64,000 bases of DNA. Origin: Tubulanus polymorphus (lineage: Eukaryota; Animalia; Nemertea). The position numbers and the translations under genes were made by a program. This document shows positions 1 through 10,595 of the stretch, one piece after another. The DNA lies in contig NW_027437431.1 of NCBI RefSeq assembly GCF_964204645.1, forward strand, positions 177,463-241,462, given 5' to 3'. A model generated the notes under the pieces. That model was not told the DNA's origin. It ran no database searches and was given only the letters and a program-made list of their open reading frames with translations. The stretch's first letter is position 1; each line of letters begins with the position of its first letter.

Positions 1-47
1 TATGTTCTTTAGACAGACCCATAAAAGATATTTATACTACACAAAAA

Positions 48-101
48 GGTTTCGGCGTGGCCGAACCCGCGACCTTCCGCGTGTGAAGCGGACGTGATAA
101 C
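48..101 (-). pseudogene. 5'-truncated tRNA-Val(CAC)-like sequence
   Basis: Minus strand reads GTTATCACG-TCCGC TTCACAC GCGGA-AGGTC-GCGGGTTCG...CGAAACC-TTTTT. It has a perfect anticodon stem with CAC, a degenerate T arm and a T5 run after the 3' end. The 5' acceptor/D half is missing. Confidence 0.65.
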
Positions 102-294
102 TGTAACCGGCTGGTTGTTAGTAATAGGGGTAATGGGCTTTCAGATCAAAGGTCGAAGGGTCGAGCTCGTAAAAAATGAAAAACATAAAAATAATATCAA
201 TTTCTACTTGAATTACTCGCGAAACTCATAAAAATGAAAAATAAATTCTCACACGCTCGAATTTATTTTTCATTTTTACTCGCTAGAAAAAAGT

Positions 295-995
295 GTGAGT
301 GAAATAATTCATAAATCATTGAATATTTATATTTATATGCGTTGGATTCATTTTAATAAAAGTTTTGTTATTGAAATGAAGACAGAAGAAGAAGAACCCA
401 ACTTTAAAATCGAAATCAATGAAACCAATAAATCATTTTCACAGTTTTACATTAAAAATTATATTTCAGCAACAAATTTAGTGTCCGCAAGACATTATAA
501 AATCGATAACATAACTATGATTAATCAAATATTATCAAATGAAACATATTTACTCACTGAACTAGTAGATACTTTTGATAATGGTGTTAAAAATCCTAAA
601 GTATTCAATACAGTTTTAAATTTTAAAGGAACTTTAGATGAAAACATAATTAATATTCTTAAAACTCCTTTCAATGAAAGAAATGATGATATAATACTTT
701 CAAAAGATTACAATGATTTGATTAACTTAAGAATTGAAAAAAGACAATTATATTATTTCAATTTTGATAATAAACAAATTATCTATAATGAAAATTCATC
801 AAATATTGGCATTCAATGTGAATCAGATAATGAAAAATCATTTAAAGATATTGCAGTTTAATGTAATTTAGATGATGAATTTAGAAAATTCAATCCTAAT
901 GAAAAAGTGCATTGTTATTGCGGAGGTAAATATTTAAAATCACATAAATCAAAGCATTATGAAACAATTAAACATAAAAACTGGCGTAAAGAGTA
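295..995 (+). pseudogene. Left-TIR copy of the 233-aa ORF, with premature stop
   Basis: Nearly identical to 3875-4576(-), but CAA>TAA at 859-861 truncates it to 188 aa. Confidence 0.6.
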
Positions 996-1048
996 ACAAT
1001 TCTACATTATAATTATTGAATTGAGTTAAATGATTTAAATATCTAATA

Positions 1049-1365
1049 GACTGTTAAAATGATAAATTGTTTTACAGTTAAAATGATAAATTGTTTGACA
1101 GTTAAAATGATGAATTGTTTGACGGTTGAAATGATAAATTGTTTGGCAGTTGAAATGATAAATTGTTCGACAGTTGAAATGATAAATTGTTTGACAGTTG
1201 AAATGATAAATTGTTAGACAGTTAAAATGATAAATTGTTTGACTGTTGAAATGATAAATTGTTTGACTGTTGAAATGATAAATTGTTTGACAGTTGAAAT
1301 GATAAATTGTTTGACTGTTGAAATGTTAAATTGTTAGACTGTTGAAATGTTAAATTGTTTGGCTG
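1049..1365. repeat. 24-bp minisatellite (~13 copies) in left TIR
   Basis: Unit GACWGTTRAAATGATAAATTGTTT in direct tandem with no spacers. Confidence 0.9.
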
Positions 1366-1485
1366 TAAATTTAATTGTTATTTGATTTAATCATTTAAAG
1401 GTTTAATATTTTTAAAATGATTATAAAATATCTAATTAAAAACTAGCAAATATTTTATAAACTGTTTAATTTTTCTCTTAAATAA

Positions 1486-1704
1486 ATGGATGGTTTCATC
1501 CCAACTGGGAAAAGTGATTTGAAACATTATTTAGTTGCTGGAGGTTTAATATTGGCAGCATTATATTTTTACTATGAGAATATTTCAAAAGATTTGATGA
1601 ATGAAAATAATAAATTGAGTAAAAAATTAAAGAAGTTAAATGGAAACAATCACAGAAATAAAAAGAATAAAAATGTTAATTTAGAAAATGATTTAGAGGA
1701 CTAA
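1486..1704 (+). CDS. 72-aa putative membrane protein (left TIR)
   Basis: Hydrophobic YLVAGGLILAALYFYY followed by a basic, coiled-coil-like tail. Same protein in both arms. Confidence 0.45.
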   Translation: MDGFIPTGKSDLKHYLVAGGLILAALYFYYENISKDLMNENNKLSKKLKKLNGNNHRNKKNKNVNLENDLED

Positions 1705-1742
1705 AACAGCATCTTTTAATTTCATATATTTTGACTATAAAA

Positions 1743-2045
1743 ATGAGTGAAAATATATTCAACTTATTACATCTAATATATAAAAATCAACAGAATATTA
1801 AATCAATTATTATGCTTACAGGTTTATTTTCTTTTTCAATTTATAGTATAAAACAGTTGTTAGAATTCTATGATAGCTGTAAAATTAGATATACAGAATT
1901 GAAAGATAACATAAATTATATTTCAGATAGATTGAATAATATTAAATGCTGTGAAATATGCAATAAAAGATATAAAAATAAAAAGAGTTTAAAAACTCAT
2001 AAATATATTCATGAATTAGATGATAAACTGTATAATTCAAATTAA
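1743..2045 (+). CDS. Small protein with hydrophobic segment and C-terminal C2H2 zinc finger
   Basis: CEICNKRYKNKKSLKTHKYIH. First ATG at 1743. The ORF runs out of the TIR into the spacer, so the right-arm copy (2952-3140) lacks the finger. Confidence 0.5.
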   Translation: MSENIFNLLHLIYKNQQNIKSIIMLTGLFSFSIYSIKQLLEFYDSCKIRYTELKDNINYISDRLNNIKCCEICNKRYKNKKSLKTHKYIHELDDKLYNSN

Positions 2046-3166
2046 GCAATAGACTGTTAAATTGGTTGAACATATAAAAATAGATAATATTATAACTATT
2101 TCAATATTTAGATTAATAATTTATATTTATGATTTTTATAAAAACTAATCTATATATCTATGTACTAGACGTACGAGTAAGAAAGTAAGATTCTTGCCAA
2201 GAAAGTAAGAAAGTAAGATTTCTTGGATTCTTACGTACGTCTAGTACATAGATATATAAATAGTTTTATCATATATATTTCTGTTTCAATATTTATTTAT
2301 CTATCTCACAGATTTATTATAAATATTTGGAAAAGTATAAATCATATTAAATTATATATTTACATTTATCATAATTAACAGAGTAATACAATGAACCCGC
2401 TAGATTGTTAAACTGTTTAAGTATTGAATTGTGTAGATTGTATATTCATAAACTAAATGATAAATCACGAATAAGACTGTTAAATTAGCTGAAAATATAA
2501 AATATTGGTATGAAATATTAGTTAATTGAAAAAGGGGGTTGAGGTATCAATGTATTAAATACGTATTAAATACGTATCAAATACGTATTAATGGTATTAA
2601 ATACGTATTAATGGTATTAAATACATATTAGGCTTTATTTCTGAAAATGAAGTAACAGAAGCAATTTATGTTTTAATTCATTCAAGTATGATATTTTAAA
2701 TTCTTTACATTTGACTAGGATAATACAAGAGTGATATTAGTTAGTTGGCTTATTCAATAAGAGAAACAATGAAATAATACTAGAGTGATACTAACAGTTA
2801 AAGTTATTGATATTCTTGTTAAATCTATTTGAATTCTAGTCAATTCTTGTTAACCAATAGCGCGAATAGAAATCAAATAGATTTGAATAAAAAAACAATA
2901 ATTTAAATAAGTTAGTATTAGATAAAGTAACTTATTGTTTTTTTATTCAGATCATATCTTCATATCTTTCAATTCTGTATATCTAATTTTACAGCTATCA
3001 TAGAATTCTAACAACTGTTTTATACTATAAATTGAAAAAGAAAATAAACCTGTAAGCATAATAATTGATTTAATATTCTGTTGATTTTTATATATTAGAT
3101 GTAATAAGTTGAATATATTTTCACTCATTTTTATAGTCAAAATATATGAAATTAAAAGATGCTGTT

Positions 3167-3385
3167 TTAATCCTCTAAATCATTTTCTAAATTAACATTT
3201 TTATTCTTTTTATTTCTGTGATTGTTTCCATTTAACTTCTTTAATTTTTTACTCAATTTATTATTTTCATTCATCAAATCTTTTGAAATATTCTCATAGT
3301 AAAAATATAATGCTGCCAATATTAAACCTCCAGCAACTAAATAATGTTTCAAATCACTTTTCCCAGTTGGGATGAAACCATCCAT
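3167..3385 (-). CDS. 72-aa putative membrane protein (right TIR)
   Basis: Identical protein to 1486-1704. Confidence 0.45.
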   Translation of the reverse strand: MDGFIPTGKSDLKHYLVAGGLILAALYFYYENISKDLMNENNKLSKKLKKLNGNNHRNKKNKNVNLENDLED

Positions 3386-3505
3386 TTATTTAAGAGAAAA
3401 ATTAAACAGTTTATAAAATATTTGCTAGTTTTTAATTAGATATTTTATAATCATTTTAAAAATATTAAACCTTTAAATGATTAAATCAAATAACAATTAA
3501 ATTTA

Positions 3506-3822
3506 CAGCCAAACAATTTAACATTTCAACAGTCTAACAATTTAACATTTCAACAGTCAAACAATTTATCATTTCAACTGTCAAACAATTTATCATTTCA
3601 ACAGTCAAACAATTTATCATTTCAACAGTCAAACAATTTATCATTTTAACTGTCTAACAATTTATCATTTCAACTGTCAAACAATTTATCATTTCAACTG
3701 TCGAACAATTTATCATTTCAACTGCCAAACAATTTATCATTTCAACCGTCAAACAATTCATCATTTTAACTGTCAAACAATTTATCATTTTAACTGTAAA
3801 ACAATTTATCATTTTAACAGTC
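3506..3822. repeat. 24-bp minisatellite in right TIR (mirror of 1049-1365)
   Basis: Reverse complement of the left-arm array. Confidence 0.9.
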
Positions 3823-3874
3823 TATTAGATATTTAAATCATTTAACTCAATTCAATAATTATAATGTAGAATTG

Positions 3875-4576
3875 TTACTCTTTACGCCAGTTTTTATGTT
3901 TAATTGTTTCATAATGCTTTGATTTATGTGATTTTAAATATTTACCTCCGCAATAACAATGCACTTTTTCATTAGGATTGAATTTTCTAAATTCATCATC
4001 TAAATTACATTGAACTGCAATATCTTTAAATGATTTTTCATTATCTAATTCACATTGAATGCCAATATTTGATGAATTTTCATTATAGATAATTTGTTTA
4101 TTATCAAAATTGAAATAATATAATTGTCTTTTTTCAATTCTTAAGTTAATCAAATCATTGTAATCTTTTGAAAGTATTATATCATCATTTCTTTCATTGA
4201 AAGGAGTTTTAAGAATATTAATTATGTTTTCATCTAAAGTTCCTTTAAAATTTAAAACTGTATTGAATACTTTAGGATTTTTAACACCATTATCAAAAGT
4301 ATCTACTAGTTCAGTGAGTAAATATGTTTCATTTGATAATATTTGATTAATCATAGTTATGTTATCGATTTTATAATGTCTTGCGGACACTAAATTTGTT
4401 GCTGAAATATAATTTTTAATGTAAAACTGTGAAAATGATTTATTGGTTTCATTGATTTCGATTTTAAAGTTGGGTTCTTCTTCTTCTGTCTTCATTTCAA
4501 TAACAAAACTTTTATCAAAATGAATCCAACGCATATAAATATAAATATTCAATGATTTATGAATTATTTCACTCAC
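3875..4576 (-). CDS. 233-aa hypothetical protein with C-terminal CxCG...H...H zinc-finger-like motif (right TIR)
   Basis: Intact ORF ending KVHCYCGGKYLKSHKSKHYETIKH. The true start may be a downstream ATG. Confidence 0.55.
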   Translation of the reverse strand: MSEIIHKSLNIYIYMRWIHFDKSFVIEMKTEEEEPNFKIEINETNKSFSQFYIKNYISATNLVSARHYKIDNITMINQILSNETYLLTELVDTFDNGVKNPKVFNTVLNFKGTLDENIINILKTPFNERNDDIILSKDYNDLINLRIEKRQLYYFNFDNKQIIYNENSSNIGIQCELDNEKSFKDIAVQCNLDDEFRKFNPNEKVHCYCGGKYLKSHKSKHYETIKHKNWRKE

Positions 4577-4751
4577 ACTTTTTTCTAGCGAGTAAAAATG
4601 AAAAATAAATTCGAGCGTGTGAGAATTTATTTTTAATTTTTATGAGTTTCGCGAGTAATTCAAGTAGAAATTGTTATTATTTTTATGTTTTTCATTTTTT
4701 ACGAGCTCGACCCTTCGACCTTTGATCTGAAAGCCCATTACCCCTATTACT

Positions 4752-5590
4752 GTTGTTGTATCGGCAGGCTGGCTGAAAATGTTTGCACTAGTATTGTCAT
4801 CTGCGAAATCGAAACAATCATCGTCAGTTACATTGTATGCAAATCCAAGCACATAATCTTTTGAAATTTGAATTGGTTCATTAGTAGGATTCACAATAGT
4901 AGCGAAAATTTTACCGTCCGTGATTTTGCATAATGTTTTACCTCCACCTAAACATTTATTCAATAACTTGTGGTTGTATGGTTCAAAAACAACCAATGAA
5001 CCTTCCGCCAACGTATCGACACTTATTTGAACTATTTGTTTAGTATTTGGTGAAATAACTATCATGTTAACCGTTTTAGCTTTATTTCTGTACAGCTCTT
5101 GTTTATTCCTAAGAATCTTTAATGGAATCGAAACATCTTTAAATTCAATTGTGCCTGATGCAAAGTCAATGTTTACATTGTTTTCCTTCAAAAAATCCAG
5201 TCCTAGAATGACATCTGTATGTAGCCTATCGAATACATAAAAATTATGCGTTAATACATGAGATTGAATGCAAATGGGTACATCAATTCTACCAATTACT
5301 GAATGTGCTTCCCCACAAACTCCTCTAATAATGTTTATATCCGAATGACTATATATGGGATTTTTGATACACCTTTCGACCGTTGATCTAGCAATACATG
5401 AAATTGATGCACCTGTATCGACTAATGCTCGTTGGGAGTGTTTATTAATATCAACGTTTATAATATTCCGATTCAACCCTGAAACTAAGCTTATATCAAT
5501 CGCATTGATATCAGGTACCCATAATCGAGATGCTTCTTTGCGACAAACATCCTTACTACAATCACAGGCACTTGAATATGGGCTTTGATA
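4752..5590 (-). mobile_element. Ty3/Gypsy pol remnant (retropepsin protease) interrupted by the Polinton-like element
   Basis: ALVDTGASISCI catalytic motif and VILGLDFL. The ORF reads into the Polinton TIR after 4752. Confidence 0.8.
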
Positions 5591-6583
5591 ATGGATGAAT
5601 ATTTGATAATTTACCAGCGATACGTCAATCCTACTTTAATAGATCCGCCATGTTTTAAAATAAATTTACCCATGATGCAACGCGCGCCGGTCGTTTAGCT
5701 ATACTATACAGAAAGGCTGGAAACGATCCTATCTCCGTAATGCTTAAATCTACCCGCAGTTATCGGGACAGCCGAACACTGCCGATGATTGCCGAAGTAC
5801 GTCCTTAGTGTCAATTTTAATCCTGAAATATAGGAGCGCCCATAATTTCAATTGTAGATGATTTTTTGGAAACATTGACACTGTTTTAGCTCCATTAAAG
5901 ATTTTAAATGGCAACAAAATTGATTTTTGAAAATTCGCGATGCCTCTTCGGGATTGCTGTGACGTCATCTGTCCCGATAATCCCGTGAATAAGGAAATAT
6001 ACCTATCAATATATATATACATATATATATCTATTTTCTTTGCATCATTGATCAATAAGCTATATACCTGTATATTAACTCATTGTTAAATTTGACAAAA
6101 TAAAAATAAAAAATCAATTCTCAGAAAACGAGCACAATTCGACCAGATTCGTGACTTGAATAGATTCATATGAAAGTTTGAAATCTCACTGAATCTCATT
6201 GAATGGTGCTAAATCGGAAAACTGGAATCGAATGAAGCTAAGGGAGCCACCGAAAACCGAACAAAACCAGAATGTCCACACAACTAAAACTAAAAAGTAC
6301 ATTGAACTAGCAACTGATAATATTCTCATTATATATCATGGGAGGAAGCTAAGTTATGTAATATCTCGGATGTATGTAATTCGCTTCTGTGGTCAGTGGA
6401 CAGCAGCTACGAAACATCAGGTATGGTACTAGCTGTCAAGAACATGGCCATGATCTGTTGTCAACGGCTACAGGAAACGTGCGACTCGATACTGTACACA
6501 GTTTGTAGCATGATCTTGCGTAGACTGGCTCAAAATAGGCCTTTAGGTTGGTTTCCCCTTGGTAAAACTGAGCGAGATTATAT

Positions 6584-6953
6584 CAGGCCCGTAACCAGGG
6601 AGGGGGGAGGAGGCAGGGCACCTCCACACAAAATCTAGAAATCCACTATTTTTTGTCAAAGAAAATTTCTCAAGACTTGATTTCACGTCTCTCTTCTCTC
6701 GCTTGCCCACATTCATATAACTATGATATGGATATAGCCCGTTATAAAAAATAGCCAGTCTCCATAAACGAAGGATGAGACTCCAGTATATGTTATTGGA
6801 GTAAGACCTACTTAATACAAACTTATTCTGAATATGTTTCGAGGATCAATTACATTTTTTTCAATGCGCTCGCATTGGCCACGGACGCAATCAAATAAGT
6901 TCCACCCTCTTTAAATTTAAACCCACCCAAAAGAGAGGCTGCGTACGGGCCTG
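6584..6953. mobile_element. MITE (hAT-like termini)
   Basis: 10-bp TIR CAGGCCCGTA...TACGGGCCTG, flanked by TATAT on both sides. Confidence 0.55.
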
Positions 6954-7299
6954 TATATCTCTTGTTATCTTATTCCATGACAGTGAATGAATGTTTAGAC
7001 CATCTAATCTTTATAGCGTGTTAAATTTCGATGAAAGTATATTATTAATTATGGCTATATTTTGAGAGAAACATACAACAGTATTGAAAAAGTATTCAAC
7101 CCCAGTGCAATTTCTCAAAATCAAACTTGTTTTCTAGGACTTAGATAAACCACTAGTTTTAAATTTTGACCTGAAGGTGAATACATTAGATTTTTTTGTA
7201 CATTTCAATTCTCCATTAAGTAAACCACCAATCAAGAGTCAAAATTTGTGTAAATGAGGTTTCATTTTGAGCTCCAGATTGCCGCTCGCCGCTACGCCG

Positions 7300-7950
7300 C
7301 TCGCCGCTACCGCGTCCCCATTGATTGAAGAGGTTTGTCGAGGCTTTCTTGCGGTATACCATCGTTTAGTATATAATTAACTGAGGGCCTAGGACGCCGG
7401 CTAGGGATAGGACGCCTACTGCGCCAAGTCAGCTGTAGTTTCCCATCTATGGCTTCTTGATCAATAACGCGTTCCTCCAGTAATTTGAACAGGGCATTTT
7501 CTACATTAGTGTTCGTACCTGATGACTTCAACGACTTAACCGATTTTTCGACATCGCTTATCTTTATGGTAAACTCATTTCGTAACTGGCCTACGACAGA
7601 ATCAATTCTAAAATCGATAGTTTTTTCAATCTCGGATCTGGAGTGTTGGATCTCCTCTCTCAGTAGGTTGAACTTCCTATCGATTTTCTTTTCGATGGTT
7701 TTTTCATCCCCCTGATCTCATATAGCACATCGTTCAATGTAAGCGCATCCTCGTCGTCGCTGTAGTCCGATGCTTATTCATTTTCCGAGGAAATTGGTTC
7801 ATCTGGAGCGTTCTGGACGGTAACGACTTTTTAGCGGGAGGGGTGTTATTTGCCCCAAATGAGCCACGTTTTGAACTTTTGGTCGACTGAGTTTGCGGAG
7901 TATTATGGTTTTTACCTTTGTCCTTTTTCCCGTTTGCAGGCATCACGAAA
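7300..7950 (-). pseudogene. Degenerate ORF1/gag-like fragment (basic N-terminus then coiled coil)
   Basis: Frameshifted pieces (MMPANGKKDKGK...; ...KFNLLREEIQHSRSEIEKTIDFRIDSVVGQLRNEF...LFKLLEER) resemble retroelement ORF1 architecture. No diagnostic motif. Confidence 0.3.
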
Positions 7951-8325
7951 TAAACGGTAATACTGCTTGTGAAGAGATTTCTAGTGCATTCACTACTTAG
8001 TTTCGAGCGGGTTTATAGCTTCATTCATGCGTGACGGAATTTCGCCTATGTCGCGTCTATTGGTAATGATCGGGTCTGCAATGGCGAGAATTACTAAGTC
8101 CAATAGCGAATAAAATCACGAAGTTTTCTAATGTATTTTACAAGTCACCATATTGCGCAAAACTCACAAAATTCATGCATACACATCTCCCGAGATTTAC
8201 GTACTTTCTCTTGTCCAATCCTTGTGAGTGTCAGATGTCATATCAAAGGAATTTTGCAAATATTTTCGGACGACATACACACTTTGCGTCTACATACACG
8301 CCGCCATTTTGCCCAGGATTTTGCT

Positions 8326-8445
8326 CAGGATTGTAGATATAGATATTGTCTACGAGTAGAATCGGTCGACAATTAGGATTGTAGACATAGTCGACGAGTA
8401 AAATCGGTCGACAATCAGGATTGTAGACATTGTTGACGAGTAAAT
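8326..8445. repeat. Short tandem repeat, ~43-48 bp x 3
   Basis: AGGATTGTAGACAT..GTCGACGAGTARAATCGGTCGACAAT repeated. Confidence 0.7.
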
Positions 8446-8479
8446 GGGGCTAATTCTCCAGCATTACGTCATAATGCTC

Positions 8480-9095
8480 GGGATTCCATGAGAAGAGATC
8501 ACTTCCGGAGTCACTGAGGTCCAACTTCCTTGTGGGTGACGGACCTATTTTGAGAGTGCTCTCATCAAAATTATTTTGGTTCGTTATCGGTGGTCATCTA
8601 CTGTTGTAAGGTGAAAAATATTATATATTTATATTTGTTTACTTTTTCTTTACCTACTGTTGTAAGGTATGTTTATGCCATGGCGGCTCATAATAAATTA
8701 GATTTACTTGACATTGGGTCAGAAATTACGGTCGCCAATGAGGACGAGTCAGCTTGTTCTGCTGGTCTTGTGGCTGACGAAATGTCGGTTCAACAGGCTA
8801 TTGATAAAGGACGGAGTCAGTCTTTTCTCCTTCTGTCTGACTATTATGGGTCTTCAAATAAGAACACTCAGGCTGTAAGTGTTGATAAAAAAGATAAGGA
8901 CAAAGCCGCTAAACTGAAAGTTATTCCTAAAATTGCTCGTCGAGTTGTTAGGTCAAAAAGCTCAGGTTCAGCTCAACCAGAGACTTTATCTGAAAGTCAT
9001 GTCGATCCTGTTATAACAGAGTTTTTAGAGATGAAAAAGAGACCTGAGGCTTTAGAGTCTTAATATTTGCAAAATGATTATGATCGGTTACAGGA
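8480..9095 (+). mobile_element. Probable 5' part (UTR + gag start) of the DIRS element that resumes at ~13776
   Basis: ORF MAAHNKLDLL... ends near the LINE 5' boundary, and gag-like sequence resumes right after the LINE tail. Continuity is inferred. Confidence 0.45.
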
Positions 9096-9198
9096 TCATT
9101 GTATACGAGTATATCAATATGGCGGCTTAGAGTCAGACGCACAAATTTCGTGCTCGTTATATTTTCTCAATAATCGTTGTCCAAGTGATCGTAAGACA

Positions 9199-10593
9199 AT
9201 GGATGCTGTGCAAGAATCGTTATTAATAAGAGAGAATTCTGTTAAATTCAGCCTCAGTCAGTTTGGGAAGCAGAAGTTAGGACATCTGGATGTAGTAAAT
9301 GCGTTAGCGAAATATAAAATTGACGTGAGTAAAATCCTGTCGATTCAGTTAACTAACTCTAACTGTATAATCACAGCCACTGACAAGGAAACAAAAAATC
9401 GTTTATCAAAGCTCCAACTTGTTATCATGGATCGGCAAGTTAATTTCACCGATGTGGATGTTAATTACATTAATGTTAAGATAGTTGACGCTCCGATTGA
9501 AATGGACGACAAGGTGATCGTTGCGTTTTTATTGAAATACGGAGATTACGTGGACGGATCAATTAAAAGAGGTGTCATAAAAGGAACTCAGATATTTACA
9601 GGTACAAGGTATCTCCAGCTTCGTAACCTTGCAAACGTTATGCCGACATTTACAAAAATTGGAAATTTTCCAGTGAGATTGGATTGCGACTCTATATGTC
9701 ATCTCTGTCTGAATTGTGATCACAATTCTTCAAATTGCCCGCGCCGACCGAACAATCGTTTATGTCACAACTGTAAATCGGCAGATCATTTTAAACGCGA
9801 TTGTCCGTTGTTGAATGACCATGCTAAACAAGAGAGTATTGGTCACCCGGTCACTGAAAGAGCTAATCTCCCAGGACCTGAAAGCACGCAAACAAGTGTA
9901 GAATCCGATAGAAACCAATCGCCTGATGTTGTCATTATTGGAGATTCGAACATGCGAGATCTCCAGTATCCACATAGTAGCAGCGCTGTCATCCACCATT
10001 CTGGAGCAGCCGCTGAAAATATTCAGTCGCTTTTAGAAAAAGCATCATCCCAAATACCGAATCTAGAATCCGTTAAGGAGGTCATCGTTCACATTGGTAC
10101 CAATGACGTCAATCGCAACAAGTCCGATACCGATGCTATCAAAATGAACATTACCTTCGCCATCGCCAAAGTTCAGGAAAACTTTCCTTCCGCAAAAATA
10201 TCACTTTCAAGTATCTTCCCTAAGAAAGGGAACTCAAACGCTGCGAGGGATTTCAATACTGCCGCCTGCGCAGTTAATTCATACATGGGGCGATTCTGCT
10301 CCAAACAGAACATCCTATTCATTGATAATGACATCATTCTGAAACCCCACGGGGCTTTAAGAGATAGGTTTTACAACATTAGTGACAAATCGGGGATTCA
10401 TTTGAACGAACTCGGGAAATCAACTGTTGCGAAGAACTTTGAATCGATGATCACTGCGATTACTACTGAAAACCACACTGAAGTTTTCAGTACCCCTGTG
10501 AATACAACGAAAAGAAAAGATCGATCTGAATCACAGACGCCACCAAGCGCAGGGAAAATAACCAAAAAGCCTTATATCGATGATGATCAATAA
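9199..10593 (+). CDS. LINE ORF1: N-terminal (RRM-like) region, two CCHC zinc knuckles, SGNH/GDSL esterase
   Basis: CLNCDHNSSNC and CHNCKSADHFKRDC knuckles. VIIGDSN, HIGTND and GIHLN esterase blocks. First ATG at 9199. Confidence 0.85.
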   Translation: MDAVQESLLIRENSVKFSLSQFGKQKLGHLDVVNALAKYKIDVSKILSIQLTNSNCIITATDKETKNRLSKLQLVIMDRQVNFTDVDVNYINVKIVDAPIEMDDKVIVAFLLKYGDYVDGSIKRGVIKGTQIFTGTRYLQLRNLANVMPTFTKIGNFPVRLDCDSICHLCLNCDHNSSNCPRRPNNRLCHNCKSADHFKRDCPLLNDHAKQESIGHPVTERANLPGPESTQTSVESDRNQSPDVVIIGDSNMRDLQYPHSSSAVIHHSGAAAENIQSLLEKASSQIPNLESVKEVIVHIGTNDVNRNKSDTDAIKMNITFAIAKVQENFPSAKISLSSIFPKKGNSNAARDFNTAACAVNSYMGRFCSKQNILFIDNDIILKPHGALRDRFYNISDKSGIHLNELGKSTVAKNFESMITAITTENHTEVFSTPVNTTKRKDRSESQTPPSAGKITKKPYIDDDQ

Positions 10594-10595
10594 CT

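Larger units (their letters stand above)
120..4751. mobile_element. Non-autonomous Polinton/Maverick-like element, 4,632 bp, with ~1,789-bp TIRs (120-1908, 2963-4751)
   Basis: Termini AGTAATAGGGG...CCCCTATTACT (5'-AG...CT-3'). 6-bp TSD GTTGTT at 114-119 and 4752-4757. Mirrored ORFs (coordinates sum to 4871). No pPolB, integrase or capsid ORF. Confidence 0.8.

Noticed and set aside
1049-1365. CRISPR-like array
   Set aside because: Contiguous 24-bp units with no unique spacers, no cas genes and a eukaryotic context.
4640-4751. C-terminus of the 278-aa protease ORF
   Set aside because: Read-through into the Polinton TIR, not genuine Gypsy sequence.
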